A stretch of 64,000 nt of DNA from Bdellovibrio sp. (lineage in GTDB: Bacteria > Bdellovibrionota > Bdellovibrionia > Bdellovibrionales > Bdellovibrionaceae): positions 2,336,001 through 2,400,000 of the forward strand of contig JAKFCY010000002.1 in the NCBI GenBank assembly GCA_036676395.1. The letters are read 5' to 3'. Below the pieces are notes generated by a model that did no database searches, was not told the origin of the DNA, and saw only the letters and a program-made list of their open reading frames with translations. Below, one piece after another: positions 30,170 to 40,230 of this stretch (positions within the stretch are counted from its first letter, which is position 1; every line of letters begins with the position of its first letter). Made by a program: the position numbers and the translations under genes.

Positions 30170-31560
30170 AGATCAACACCATTCATAATCTGACTGATTT
30201 GGCTGCTGTTTAAAGAGCCTTTTAAGTACGGGCCCTTGATAGCCCCTTTAAATAAAATCACGAACCGATCTGATAACTTTAGCACTTCATCTAAGTCTGA
30301 AGATAATAACACTACGGCGCGATGGTTTTTCTTTTGATCTAACAGGGCTTGGTGAATTTTTTCTTGGGCACCAATATCGACTCCGCGCGAAGGGTGCGCA
30401 GCTAAGATCACATCGGGATTATGCCAAAGTTCACGACCGATTACGAATTTCTGCTGGTTACCACCAGAAAAAGAACCCATAATCATATCGCTTTCAGCCG
30501 GGCGTACGTCCCATTCAGAAATGATTTTCTCGACCTCACGGCGAACCAAAGTTTTTTTAACTAAACCCAAACGCGTGAAAGTCTCGCGGTGGCGAATTAA
30601 AAAGTTTTCGATCAGATTTTGTTTCGGATAAATACTGTAGCGGTAACGATCTTCAGAAATATCACCAAACTTTAACTTTAATAAACCGATATTCTGACGT
30701 AATTTAAAAACAAAGTCTTCTTGGCCGTTGCCATCAACGCCAGCCACACCCAGGATTTCGTTATTGTTCAGTTTTAAGCCGATTAAGTTTAAATCATAGC
30801 TAGCACCAGTCGCACCCGATGCCGCTTGCACTAAAGCCTGCTGTTTACGACCGATCATTTTTTCGGCCATTTGCTCGATGGTAAAATTAGCACCGCTATC
30901 CGAGGCGATCAGTTGACCACGACAAAGAATAGTCACATGATCTGCGACTTTTTTAATTTCGTTTAATTTATGTGAAATTAAAATCAAGGTATGACCTTGT
31001 TTTTTTAGATCTAACATAAAATCTAAAAAATCTTCGATCTCATCTGGGCTTAGCACCGCCGTGGGTTCATCAAAGATAATAATCTCAGGCTCTAAGATCA
31101 ATACACGTAAAATTTCTAAGCGCTGCTGCTCGCCAATACTATAGGCTTTGATTTTTTTATCTAGTGGCAGGCTCCATTTAAACTTCGCTTGTTTTTCTCT
31201 GACCAAGTCTACTAAGCGCTTACGCTCGATATTTTGGGTGCGCGCGACAAGCTCTAGATGATCCCATCCGGTTAACTCATCAGCCAATTGAAAGTGCTGA
31301 TGCACAAAACCGATTTTTTCGCGAAATGAATCTTGCGCAGATTGGGGCTCATATACTTTACCACGCAAGACCATCGCTCCTGATGAAGGCGGCACAATGC
31401 CCGTTAACACTTTCATTAGCGTAGATTTACCCGCGCCGTTTTCGCCGATCACCGCGTGAATTTGATTTTTTAAAATAGAAAAATAAACTTGATCTAAGGA
31501 AACACAGCTTCCGTAGTTTTTTGAAATATTATTAAATTCGATCAGGTTCAATTCAGACAC
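30166..31560 (-). CDS. Nucleoside/simple-sugar ABC ATPase with two NBDs (NupA-like)
   Basis: GENGAGKSTLM, DEPTAVL, FSGGNQQK, PSRGVDIGA. Confidence 0.87.
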   Translation of the reverse strand: MSELNLIEFNNISKNYGSCVSLDQVYFSILKNQIHAVIGENGAGKSTLMKVLTGIVPPSSGAMVLRGKVYEPQSAQDSFREKIGFVHQHFQLADELTGWDHLELVARTQNIERKRLVDLVREKQAKFKWSLPLDKKIKAYSIGEQQRLEILRVLILEPEIIIFDEPTAVLSPDEIEDFLDFMLDLKKQGHTLILISHKLNEIKKVADHVTILCRGQLIASDSGANFTIEQMAEKMIGRKQQALVQAASGATGASYDLNLIGLKLNNNEILGVAGVDGNGQEDFVFKLRQNIGLLKLKFGDISEDRYRYSIYPKQNLIENFLIRHRETFTRLGLVKKTLVRREVEKIISEWDVRPAESDMIMGSFSGGNQQKFVIGRELWHNPDVILAAHPSRGVDIGAQEKIHQALLDQKKNHRAVVLLSSDLDEVLKLSDRFVILFKGAIKGPYLKGSLNSSQISQIMNGVDL

Positions 31561-31565
31561 GAAAA

Positions 31566-32534
31566 CTATTTAGTCTTGTAGTAGTCTGGAACTGTAACTT
31601 TTCCAGTTACGATTGATTTTTTAACTTGAGCTAATTTTTCGATTTCAGCTGCAGACCACAGTGATTTATTGTGTTCATCTAAAGCCCAGTCAATACCACC
31701 ATCTTTTAAACCAAAACGATTGATGCCCGCTTGAAATGATCCGCCTTTAACTGATTTGATCGTTTCAAATACAGCCACATCAACTTTTTTCAACATTGAT
31801 GTTAATACGACTCCAGGTTTCACCCAGTTTTGATTTGAATCTACACCAATTGCAAAAATCTTTTTATCAGCAGCAGCATCAAATAATCCTGAACCTGAAG
31901 CGCCGGCTGCGTGAAAGATCACATCTGCTTTTTGTGATACTTGTGATAACGCAATTTCTTTAGCTTTAGCTGGGTTATTCCAGGCTTCGCCAGTTACACC
32001 GATATAACTTACCAGAACTGTAGCTTTTGGATTCACTGATTTAATACCAGCTTCAAAACCTTTTTGAAATCTGCGGATTAACGGAATATCCATTCCTCCG
32101 ATAAAACCAATAACACCCGTTTTTGATTTCATCGCAGCAGCGGCTCCCACTAAATAAGAACCTTCGTGTTCTTCAAATAATAATGAACGAACATTTTTAG
32201 CATTCACTTCACCATCAACGATGGCAAATTTTGTATCAGGAAATAAGGCAGAAACTTTTTTGATCGCATCAGTTTGCGCAAAACCGATTCCGATCACCAG
32301 ATCATATTTTTTTTGCGCAAAATTTCTATGCAGAGTTTCTAGTGAATTATTATCAGTGGCTTCAACGTATTTTAATTCAATGCCTAATTCTTTTTCGGCT
32401 TTCTTTGCCCCGGCGTAAGCAGCAGAGTTAAAAGACTTATCATCTTTACCACCTTTATCCAGAACTAGACCGATTTTCAATGCAAACGCAAATTGAGACA
32501 CTAAAAGACAGAACACTAATAGAAACTTCGACAT
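31566..32534 (-). CDS. BMP-family ABC substrate-binding protein (nucleoside-binding)
   Basis: GGKDDKSFN, ADVIFHAAG and AIGVDSNQ BMP motifs; signal peptide. Confidence 0.9.
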   Translation of the reverse strand: MSKFLLVFCLLVSQFAFALKIGLVLDKGGKDDKSFNSAAYAGAKKAEKELGIELKYVEATDNNSLETLHRNFAQKKYDLVIGIGFAQTDAIKKVSALFPDTKFAIVDGEVNAKNVRSLLFEEHEGSYLVGAAAAMKSKTGVIGFIGGMDIPLIRRFQKGFEAGIKSVNPKATVLVSYIGVTGEAWNNPAKAKEIALSQVSQKADVIFHAAGASGSGLFDAAADKKIFAIGVDSNQNWVKPGVVLTSMLKKVDVAVFETIKSVKGGSFQAGINRFGLKDGGIDWALDEHNKSLWSAAEIEKLAQVKKSIVTGKVTVPDYYKTK

Positions 32535-32605
32535 ACATCCCCCGTGAAAGTTATTACTTTGGTCCAGTTTGAATCAAAGTTATATTAATTTACCCAAAAT
32601 ATAAT

Positions 32606-32633
32606 TCAACGATTTTAATGGCTTAGCCGATAG
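32606..32633 (+). promoter_or_regulatory. Putative sigma28/FliA promoter
   Basis: TCAA-N16-GCCGATAG about 105 nt upstream of the ORF at 32740. Confidence 0.5.
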
Positions 32634-32739
32634 GCTACACACCAGATTCATAGGCAATTAAAGCTCTTTATTTACGCTATTTATGTACGCAAATTAACAA
32701 ACCAAGTCGTGTTCCCGAACACGCAGAAAGAAAAATTCT

Positions 32740-33072
32740 ATGAAAAAAGCACTAGCAATCATCGTTATCGCCGCTTCTGTATTCGCATTCGCAGACGGAC
32801 ACAAGGCTGAACATAAAGCTAAAGCAGCTGAGCATAAAGCAGCTGTTAATGCCGCTTGTGCAGCTGACGCAGAAACTGCAGGTTGTGCTGATAAAGTAGT
32901 AGGCGATGGGTTACTAAAATGCCTTCACGCTTACAAAAAAGAACATAAAGATTTCAAAATTTCTGAAGGTTGCAAATCTTCAACAAAATCATTACGCAAC
33001 GAGAAAAAAGAATGGAAAGCTAAAAAAGCAGCAGAAAAAGCAGAGAAGACTGAGGAAAAAGCTGACAAGTAA
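32740..33072 (+). CDS. Small secreted Lys/Ala-rich protein with four-Cys repeat
   Basis: Signal peptide ending ...VFAFA; ACAAD...C...CL...C pattern resembling cysteine-rich repeat proteins. Confidence 0.7.
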   Translation: MKKALAIIVIAASVFAFADGHKAEHKAKAAEHKAAVNAACAADAETAGCADKVVGDGLLKCLHAYKKEHKDFKISEGCKSSTKSLRNEKKEWKAKKAAEKAEKTEEKADK

Positions 33073-33097
33073 TCCATAAGCAGTTCACAATTTTGGC

Positions 33098-33508
33098 ATG
33101 GGACGGATTAAACAACCATTACACCCTTGCCAAACTTGTGGTGCATGCTGCGCCAGCTACCGCGTTCAGTTTTACTGGCGTGAGGCAGAAAAGGCAGACT
33201 CTGACCATCCTGTCCCACCCAAATACTGGCTCGATGCAGATGATCGAGCAAGAATTCTCAAAGGCACCGAAGACAAACACCATCCAAAATGTGTTGCCTT
33301 AAAAGGCCGAATCGGTGAATTTGTAGCCTGTGAAATCTACTCTAATCGCCCGTCTCCTTGCAGGAATTTTTCGGCCAGTTATGAAACTGGAGTCTACAAT
33401 CCCCGTTGCGACGAAGCCCGCGCGAAACATGGCCTCAAGCCAATCACCAAGCAAGATTTCATCTCTTATCACGAAAGCCAAAGACCTCTTCTACCAAGTG
33501 AAGCATGA
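33098..33508 (+). CDS. YkgJ-family (CxxCxxCC) cysteine-cluster protein
   Basis: CQTCGACC, CVAL, CEIYSNRPSPCR, RCDEAR. Confidence 0.88.
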   Translation: MGRIKQPLHPCQTCGACCASYRVQFYWREAEKADSDHPVPPKYWLDADDRARILKGTEDKHHPKCVALKGRIGEFVACEIYSNRPSPCRNFSASYETGVYNPRCDEARAKHGLKPITKQDFISYHESQRPLLPSEA

Positions 33509-33653
33509 TTTCAAAACGATCGGCATGAAAGCCACGTTTAAAAAACATGGCTGGAAGTTATTCGCGATTTTTTTCGTGTATTATTTAATTCGTGATTCTT
33601 TGTTGTATATCGTAATACCCGGCCTTGTTGGTTACGGGTTATTAGCGAAATAA
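33429..33653 (+). CDS. Small membrane protein
   Basis: C-terminal part of ORF 33330..33653 (KKHGWKLFAIFFVYYLIRDSLLYIVIPGLV) looks like a real TM protein and fills the gap to adh; start codon uncertain. Confidence 0.5.
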   Translation: MASSQSPSKISSLITKAKDLFYQVKHDFKTIGMKATFKKHGWKLFAIFFVYYLIRDSLLYIVIPGLVGYGLLAK

Positions 33654-34697
33654 TTAAAACGTCTTCGCATCAATAACAAAGCGGTACTTCACATCACCAC
33701 TCACCGTGCGGTCGTAAGCTTTGTTAATATCAGCTGCATCGATCAATTCAATTTCTGAAAATACTTTTTTGCTCATGCAGAAATTTAACATCTCTTGAGT
33801 TTCTTTGATGCCGCCAATTAATGATCCTGTCAGACGTTTACGCCCACCGATTAAGGCACCTGCTGCCACTTGGCTAAGATCAGGTGGTACACCTAATAAC
33901 ACCATCGTGCCGTCAATTTTTAAAATTCCTAAGTACGGAGTTAAATTGTGGCTTGCTGAAACTGAATTAATAATTAAATCGAATTTTTTCGTTAACGGTG
34001 CAAAGTTCGCAGCATCTTTTGAATAGACGAAATGTTTTGCTCCAAGTTTTTTCGCGTCTGCTTCTTTTTCTGGAGACGTACTGAATACGGTGACTTCGGC
34101 ACCCATAGCTTTTGCGATTTTCACAGCCATGTGACCTAATCCACCAAGACCAACGACTCCAACTTTTTTACCTTTTTTCGTGCCATAACGTTTTAGCGGA
34201 GAATACGTTGTGATGCCCGCACAAAGTAACGGCGCAATTTTATCAAGTGGTAAGCCTTTTTTAATTTTTAAAACGTAGTCTTGCTTAACTGTGATATGCG
34301 AAGCGTAGCCCCCTAAAGTGTGACCACCGCTGTCTTTTGTTGGCGAGTTATAAGTGTACGTTGCACCCTTTTCGCAGAATTGCTCTTCGTTATTTTTGCA
34401 TTGTGCACACTTACCGCACGAATCAACCATACAACCAACGCCGACTGGCTCGCCGAGTTTAAATTTTTTAACTTTTTTACCGACCGCGATAACATGACCC
34501 ACGATTTCATGACCTGGAACACATGGGTATTGTGTGCCTGCCCATTCACCGCGTGCTGTGTGAATGTCTGAGTGACAAATTCCAGAGTACGCGATTTCAA
34601 TGACGATATCGTCTGGTTTTGGATCGCGACGTTCGATTTGCATCGGTTGAAATTTAGCTTCTTTATCTTTAACACCATAGGCTGTTGCGTGAATCAT
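33654..34697 (-). CDS. Zn-dependent NAD(P)-dependent alcohol dehydrogenase (CAD/YahK-like)
   Basis: GICHSD, PGHEIVG, CGKCAQC..C, APLLCAGITTY, GLGGLGH. Confidence 0.92.
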   Translation of the reverse strand: MIHATAYGVKDKEAKFQPMQIERRDPKPDDIVIEIAYSGICHSDIHTARGEWAGTQYPCVPGHEIVGHVIAVGKKVKKFKLGEPVGVGCMVDSCGKCAQCKNNEEQFCEKGATYTYNSPTKDSGGHTLGGYASHITVKQDYVLKIKKGLPLDKIAPLLCAGITTYSPLKRYGTKKGKKVGVVGLGGLGHMAVKIAKAMGAEVTVFSTSPEKEADAKKLGAKHFVYSKDAANFAPLTKKFDLIINSVSASHNLTPYLGILKIDGTMVLLGVPPDLSQVAAGALIGGRKRLTGSLIGGIKETQEMLNFCMSKKVFSEIELIDAADINKAYDRTVSGDVKYRFVIDAKTF

Positions 34698-34699
34698 AC

Positions 34700-37600
34700 T
34701 TAGTCCATTCCTTGATCGCCTGCTGAGGCGAATGCTTTTTTTACTTCTTGTTGGTTTTTACTGCGCGTTTTAAATTTTTCGAACATCACATACAATGCTG
34801 GAATCACATATAAAGTTAATAACGTCGAAAATAATACTCCGAAAATAATGGTAACGGCCATCGAACGTGTTAGCTCTGCGCCCTCACCGCGGGCGATCGC
34901 TGTTGGAATCGCACCCGCAACTGTTGCAAATGATGTCATAAGAATCGGACGAAGACGCGTTGGCCCGGCTTCAATCATGGCGTTTTCTGGGGTTTCATTA
35001 CCAGCTTTACGATCACGCACGCCATTGGCGAATTCTACGAGCAAGATCGAATTCTTTTTCACAATGCCCATCAGTAACAACACCCCGATCATCGAATAGA
35101 TATTTAAACTTTGTCCGGTGATAAATAAGCCGATGAACGCGCCGGCGATGCTGTATGGAAGCGCCATTAAGATCGTGACCGGATCGATAAATGAATTAAA
35201 TTGCGCAGCTAAAATCATATACGCCACGACTAAACCTAACACCAAGGCTAAAGCCAAACCCGCGAACGAATCTTTTTGCGCCTTTGATGTTCCGAATTCT
35301 TCGATGAAATAACGTTGTTTTAAGCCTTTAGCTTTTTCGCGCACAAAAGCCATCGCTTGTTCTGTTTTTACGCCTTTTTCTAAGTTGGCATAAATCGAAA
35401 TTGAACGTAACCGGTTATCGCGATTAATTTGTTGCAGAGTTTTTGCTTTATTAAACTGAACAATTCTTGAAAGGGGCAATAAATTACCTTTTGAATTTGA
35501 AATAGATAATTTTTCTAAATCTCTGATTTGATCGTCAGTTTTTTGCAAATCAACACGAATATCATACCGCTTACCACCATCGGCATACTGACCAACGCGC
35601 ACGCCGCCAATCATGGCATTGATCGTACTGGCTACGCTGTTCACACTCACACCAGTTGCTGTGGCACGATCACGATCTGGCACAATTTGAATTTCAGGAA
35701 GCCCTTGTAACAAATTGGTATCAACATCTGTCATCAAACCGCTGGCTTTCATGTCTTCCATGATTTTATCGGCTTGTGCTGATAGATCTTCCCATTCAGG
35801 GCCTTTGATGACGAACTCGACAGGAAAACCACGCCCGCCGCCGCCGAAGCCACGTGCCGATGGATCTTGCATCGACACCCGGCCTTTTACATATTGCTTA
35901 AGATCTTCACGAGTTTTTTTAACGAAATCTGCTTGCGACATCGTGCGTTCAGCTTTTGGTTTTAACGATACAAACATCATCGCGGTATTTGTATCAGCTC
36001 CTGACCCTGAAAATCCACCGACACTTGTATAAACTTGTAAAACATTTGGATCTTCTAATAAATGTCTTTCAATTTTTTTTGTGGCCTCGTTCGTGACTGC
36101 AAAAGCAGTTCCCGTTGGTAAATTAATTCGGGTCATTAATAAACCTGATTCTTGCGCCGGAGTGAATTCTTTGGGGATAAATTTTACTAACACAAAACAT
36201 AAAAGCATAACGACAACAGAGCCGCCGAAGACTTTCCACTTATGATTTACCGACCAAATTAATGATTTACGATAGCTGTTGGTTAAATTTTCAAAAAACA
36301 CATCAAAAGCTTTACCGATTCTGGTTGTGCGGTGTGAGTGCTGTACGAAAGAAGCACAACGCATTGGCGTGATGGTTAAGGCTTCAATCAGAGATAAGAA
36401 CACTGCAAATGAAATCGTGATCCCGAATTGTAAGAAAAACTTACCGACCACGCCTTCCATAAAGGCCACGGGTAAAAAGATCGCAATAACAGCTGCAGTG
36501 GCTGCAATCGCAGCGAACGTGATTTCACGTGCGCCGATGATGGCTGATTCGATTTGGTTTTTACCTTTTTCGTTATACCGAAAAATATTTTCTAATACCA
36601 TGATCGCATCATCGACCACGATACCAATCGCTAAAGTTAAACCTAAAAGTGTGAACGTATTTAAAGTAAAACCTAAAAAGTATAAAGCAATGAAGGTTCC
36701 AAGAATTGAAGTTGGAATCGACAACAGCACATTAATTGTCGCGGTGAAACTGCCTAAGAACAACCAACAAACAAAAGCTGTTAACAGAACGGCCATTAAT
36801 AAATGTTTATTCAATTCTGCAATCGAGCGCTCGATAAATCGCGTGGTATCAAAGTTTACACTTAAATGATAACCGGGCTGAAGAGTCTTTTTCATGTCTT
36901 CCATGCGCGCTTTGACTGCACGAGCAACAGCTACCGCATTCGTACCACGTTGTTTTTTGATCCCGATACCGACAGCCAGTTTTTCATTAAAACGTGAAAA
37001 ACGTTTATCATCAGCTAAGGCCAACTGAATATCTGCAACATCTGATAAACGCACTCTTAACGATGGATCAGCTACAGTTTGTCCTGCGCGCTTAGAAACG
37101 ATGATGCTACGAAACTCTTCTAAAGTTTTGGCTTCACCTTTTACGCGAACGTTAAATACAAATTTGCTATCATCAACCTGACCACCCGGAAGTTCACTGT
37201 GTTCAGCCTGAATTGTGTTAATCACATCAAGGACAGTAATATTATGGCGATTTAATTTTTCTGGAATTACTTGTACCTTTAAAATCGGGTCAGTAAAGCC
37301 ACCTAAAATCACGTCACCCACACCCAAAACTGAAGTGAACTGATCTTTTAAGTATTCTTGCGTGTACTTCATTAATTCACGGCGATCACCTGAATCCGTA
37401 GTTACGGCAAGCCAGATGATCGGCTGATCGTCTGGATTTGACTTAGTGATGATTGGAGACTCGGCATCTTTTGGAAGTCGTCTTTGCGCCAGTGAAACTT
37501 TAGTTTGCACTTCTTGTAAAGCAGCATCAATACCGCGATCTAAGTCAAACTCGACAGAAATATTACCAACACCGCTGCGACTTGATGACGATAGCCCTTT

Positions 37601-37831
37601 AATGCCTTCAAGAGTCGTCAGCACGTCTTCTACCGGCTCAACAATATTAGCTTCGATCACTTCGGGCGAAGCTCCCGGTAAAGAAATAGAAACATTCACT
37701 GACGGAAAATCTACATCCGGAAATTGGCTGATTCCCATACGTGAAAAAGAGATCGCACCGAACACCATCAGAAAGGCCATGATCATCCATGCCATAACTG
37801 GATTTTTAATTGAGATATCAGAAATTCGCAT
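34700..37831 (-). CDS. RND (AcrB/HAE1) efflux permease
   Basis: Start MRISDISIKNP with GGAG RBS; FPDVDFP, GIVVDDAI, GIVKKNSILLVEF, RLRPILMTS. Confidence 0.93.
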   Translation of the reverse strand: MRISDISIKNPVMAWMIMAFLMVFGAISFSRMGISQFPDVDFPSVNVSISLPGASPEVIEANIVEPVEDVLTTLEGIKGLSSSSRSGVGNISVEFDLDRGIDAALQEVQTKVSLAQRRLPKDAESPIITKSNPDDQPIIWLAVTTDSGDRRELMKYTQEYLKDQFTSVLGVGDVILGGFTDPILKVQVIPEKLNRHNITVLDVINTIQAEHSELPGGQVDDSKFVFNVRVKGEAKTLEEFRSIIVSKRAGQTVADPSLRVRLSDVADIQLALADDKRFSRFNEKLAVGIGIKKQRGTNAVAVARAVKARMEDMKKTLQPGYHLSVNFDTTRFIERSIAELNKHLLMAVLLTAFVCWLFLGSFTATINVLLSIPTSILGTFIALYFLGFTLNTFTLLGLTLAIGIVVDDAIMVLENIFRYNEKGKNQIESAIIGAREITFAAIAATAAVIAIFLPVAFMEGVVGKFFLQFGITISFAVFLSLIEALTITPMRCASFVQHSHRTTRIGKAFDVFFENLTNSYRKSLIWSVNHKWKVFGGSVVVMLLCFVLVKFIPKEFTPAQESGLLMTRINLPTGTAFAVTNEATKKIERHLLEDPNVLQVYTSVGGFSGSGADTNTAMMFVSLKPKAERTMSQADFVKKTREDLKQYVKGRVSMQDPSARGFGGGGRGFPVEFVIKGPEWEDLSAQADKIMEDMKASGLMTDVDTNLLQGLPEIQIVPDRDRATATGVSVNSVASTINAMIGGVRVGQYADGGKRYDIRVDLQKTDDQIRDLEKLSISNSKGNLLPLSRIVQFNKAKTLQQINRDNRLRSISIYANLEKGVKTEQAMAFVREKAKGLKQRYFIEEFGTSKAQKDSFAGLALALVLGLVVAYMILAAQFNSFIDPVTILMALPYSIAGAFIGLFITGQSLNIYSMIGVLLLMGIVKKNSILLVEFANGVRDRKAGNETPENAMIEAGPTRLRPILMTSFATVAGAIPTAIARGEGAELTRSMAVTIIFGVLFSTLLTLYVIPALYVMFEKFKTRSKNQQEVKKAFASAGDQGMD

Positions 37832-37861
37832 GCTAAGCTCCAAGACTGTATGTGTATAACT

Positions 37862-39265
37862 ATGATGAATAAATCCTATGTCCGAATGCTAGCTTTGTCG
37901 ATACTGTGTTTGATTTCACAACCCGCTACGTCAGATACGACTCTGCAACTTACCGAAGCTGATGTCATTCGCCTGGTCCAATCTCAGAGTATTAACTACA
38001 AAGAGATTGTAAATAGAAATCTTTCTAGTCAGTTTAACTACCAACTACTAAACGGAGCCTACCGTTTAGGTTTCAACTTTGATTATTCATTAGAAAAAGA
38101 TAAGACCGAATCGACTTCAACTTTTTTACCTAATGATTCTAATAAAACAAAAACTACTCTAATTATAAATAAACGCTTTCAAACCGGCACAGCGACTAGC
38201 CTAGAACTGACGAATCTTGAATACGATGCAAGTACTGCAGAGTATGCGCAAAATTATTATGCTTTTGGCGTGGAACAAAATTTATTTCCGTATTTATATT
38301 CGAATGGCGAAATGCAGGCTCTTAAAGCTGCTGAAACTGATGTCGAACGCACTCGCCTGCAAACAGACATCGATCTGTTAGATGCAACTAAAGAAATTTT
38401 AGCGTTGTACTGGCGTGTACAGGCCAGCCAGAAATCAGTTCAGGAAAACGAAGATCTTTTAAAAAAATATGACCGCTTGGTTTCAAATGTTCGCAGTAAA
38501 AGAAAAAACAGCTACGCCAGCGCTGGTGAAGTAGAACAAGCGCTTGCTGAATACGAAACCCGCAAGCAGGCCTTCTTAGAAGACCGCAATACTTTACTGA
38601 CAAACTTACAGCAATTAAAGACAGCTTTAAATATTCCGGCAGATCAAGAAGTCAAAATGGTCGCACCAGCGAACAAAGCTCAGCCCTTGCCAGAAAAATT
38701 CACGGGCGATGTAAAAACACTTCGCCGTTATAAAGTTCAAAAATTAAAAACCGAAGCGGCTATTGGTAATTATGAAGCGACCCGTTTTGATGATGTTCCG
38801 CAATTGAGTGTTTATGGCAAATACACCGGCCAGGGCTTAGAACCCGATCAATCAGACTCTTTTAAAGAATTAAGAGACGAACCTACAGACAAATATATCG
38901 TCGGCGTAAAACTAAGTTATTTCTTTGGTGATGATTTAGCCGAAGCTGAACAGCAATTACGTCGCGCTACACAGGATGTAGAGGTCGCACGCTTTTCACG
39001 CGCAGAAGAAGATTTAAAATTACAAATCGCAAACACCAGACAAAAGCTTGAAAATGCTTACTTAAATCTGCAAACCACTCAGAACGTAGTGAAGTACCGC
39101 AACGAAGCCGTGAAACAGCTCAATGTGACGTATTTTCAGGGCCGCACTGATATCAACTTTTTAATCGATGCCTTTAATAAAAAGATTCAAGCTGAAGTGA
39201 CTGCCATCAACGCCTTAGGTGCTTACGCGACGACGTTGCTTGAATATCAGAACTTAGTTTACTAA
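37862..39265 (+). CDS. TolC-family outer-membrane efflux protein
   Basis: Signal peptide; two helix/beta repeats typical of OEP (YWRVQ..., PQLSVYGKY, YFQGRTDINFLIDA); adjacent to the RND gene; start codon uncertain. Confidence 0.8.
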   Translation: MMNKSYVRMLALSILCLISQPATSDTTLQLTEADVIRLVQSQSINYKEIVNRNLSSQFNYQLLNGAYRLGFNFDYSLEKDKTESTSTFLPNDSNKTKTTLIINKRFQTGTATSLELTNLEYDASTAEYAQNYYAFGVEQNLFPYLYSNGEMQALKAAETDVERTRLQTDIDLLDATKEILALYWRVQASQKSVQENEDLLKKYDRLVSNVRSKRKNSYASAGEVEQALAEYETRKQAFLEDRNTLLTNLQQLKTALNIPADQEVKMVAPANKAQPLPEKFTGDVKTLRRYKVQKLKTEAAIGNYEATRFDDVPQLSVYGKYTGQGLEPDQSDSFKELRDEPTDKYIVGVKLSYFFGDDLAEAEQQLRRATQDVEVARFSRAEEDLKLQIANTRQKLENAYLNLQTTQNVVKYRNEAVKQLNVTYFQGRTDINFLIDAFNKKIQAEVTAINALGAYATTLLEYQNLVY

Positions 39266-39419
39266 AAGAATGTTATTGAGCTTTCAGCCTAGAGCTAAAA
39301 TCGGTGATGAGAATTTGACTTTGATGGCGATAGACTTTCAGCCAGCCCATGGCATAATAACGTGAAGCTCAGTATTAAGTACTACAATGCTAGATCTTTA
39401 ATAGGCTCAGCTTTTTGCA

Positions 39420-39542
39420 TTAGCCGGAGAAACCGCCTAGCAGAAACATACCACACATTAAAAATGTGGCACCGTAAATTCCTAAGGCCGCTGCTGCTAC
39501 AAGTCCGAAACCAATTCCGACGCTAATCACTACATCTTTCAT
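39420..39542 (-). CDS. 40-aa hydrophobic small protein
   Basis: Manual translation MKDVVISVGIGFGLVAAAALGIYGATFLMCGMFLLGGFSG*; ATG 25 nt after the ric stop; AGAGAAAG upstream. Confidence 0.5.
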   Translation of the reverse strand: MKDVVISVGIGFGLVAAAALGIYGATFLMCGMFLLGGFSG

Positions 39543-39567
39543 AAAAATCTTTCTCTAAGAGAAAAAC

Positions 39568-40062
39568 CTAACCCTCGACTTCAAATCGGGGAAAAAGTAT
39601 TTCATTTTCTATTTGCATATGTTCAAAGGTGTCTTCGATAATTTCGCGAAGTAGAACCATTAATTTTTGATAAGACTGACAGGCTCCCGACGGGGGAACA
39701 AAATTATTCATTAAAATTTTCAGTTGCTTAAGATCTTCGTCATCATGCTGATGATCAGAGCGCATGCAATTAATTGGCCCCTTAAGAGCCTTGATTTGAT
39801 TTAGGTTACTCAATTGCACAAATGCGGGAAAAAGTATTTGCTCCTCTTTAGTAACATGAAACTGTAAATGGGCGACGACTTTATAAAATAAATTTTTAGC
39901 TGCGGCCAAGGTATTATGTCTGTTGCCGTGAACATTAACCACCCGCTCAAACAACGGTGTAATTGTTAAAATGTCATAATTTAATTTTTTATGGTAACGA
40001 TTGAGAAGTAAATCAACCAACTCTTCGTTACTCATTTTTTGATATTCGCTAATTCTATCCAT
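39568..40062 (-). CDS. ric: Hemerythrin-like di-iron protein, RIC/YtfE type lacking the N-terminal ScdA domain
   Basis: YH, VHG, HVTKEEQILFP, PINCMRSDH, PPSGACQSY and HMQIENEILFP motifs. Confidence 0.8.
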   Translation of the reverse strand: MDRISEYQKMSNEELVDLLLNRYHKKLNYDILTITPLFERVVNVHGNRHNTLAAAKNLFYKVVAHLQFHVTKEEQILFPAFVQLSNLNQIKALKGPINCMRSDHQHDDEDLKQLKILMNNFVPPSGACQSYQKLMVLLREIIEDTFEHMQIENEILFPRFEVEG

Positions 40063-40098
40063 AATAGCTATAATAGATAACAACGAGTATTTTTACTT

Positions 40099-40112
40099 AT
40101 GATTTAAGTCAT
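40099..40112. promoter_or_regulatory. Crp/Fnr-family-like palindromic box upstream of ric
   Basis: ATGAT-TTAA-GTCAT; 23 nt from the -10 TATTAT; centred ~43 nt upstream of the ATG. Confidence 0.65.
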
Positions 40113-40230
40113 GTGCGCCATTACTTTGATTCACAAAATTCCAGGACGATTAGAGCGACAATGACTTGATGAGAGACAGCTCCGAGTTGCAATAAGCCCG
40201 GCGTACCAAATCTTGATTTTTTATCCATCA

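Noticed and set aside
34313..37859. Several 60-196 aa ORFs overlapping adh and the RND gene
   Set aside because: Alternative-frame or antisense shadows of well-supported genes. The same applies to the other short nested ORFs in the track.
40121..40228. 35-aa minus-strand ORF (MDKKSRFGTPGLL...) right after the DUF438 stop
   Set aside because: No recognisable features; it may be chance and cannot be supported without conservation data.
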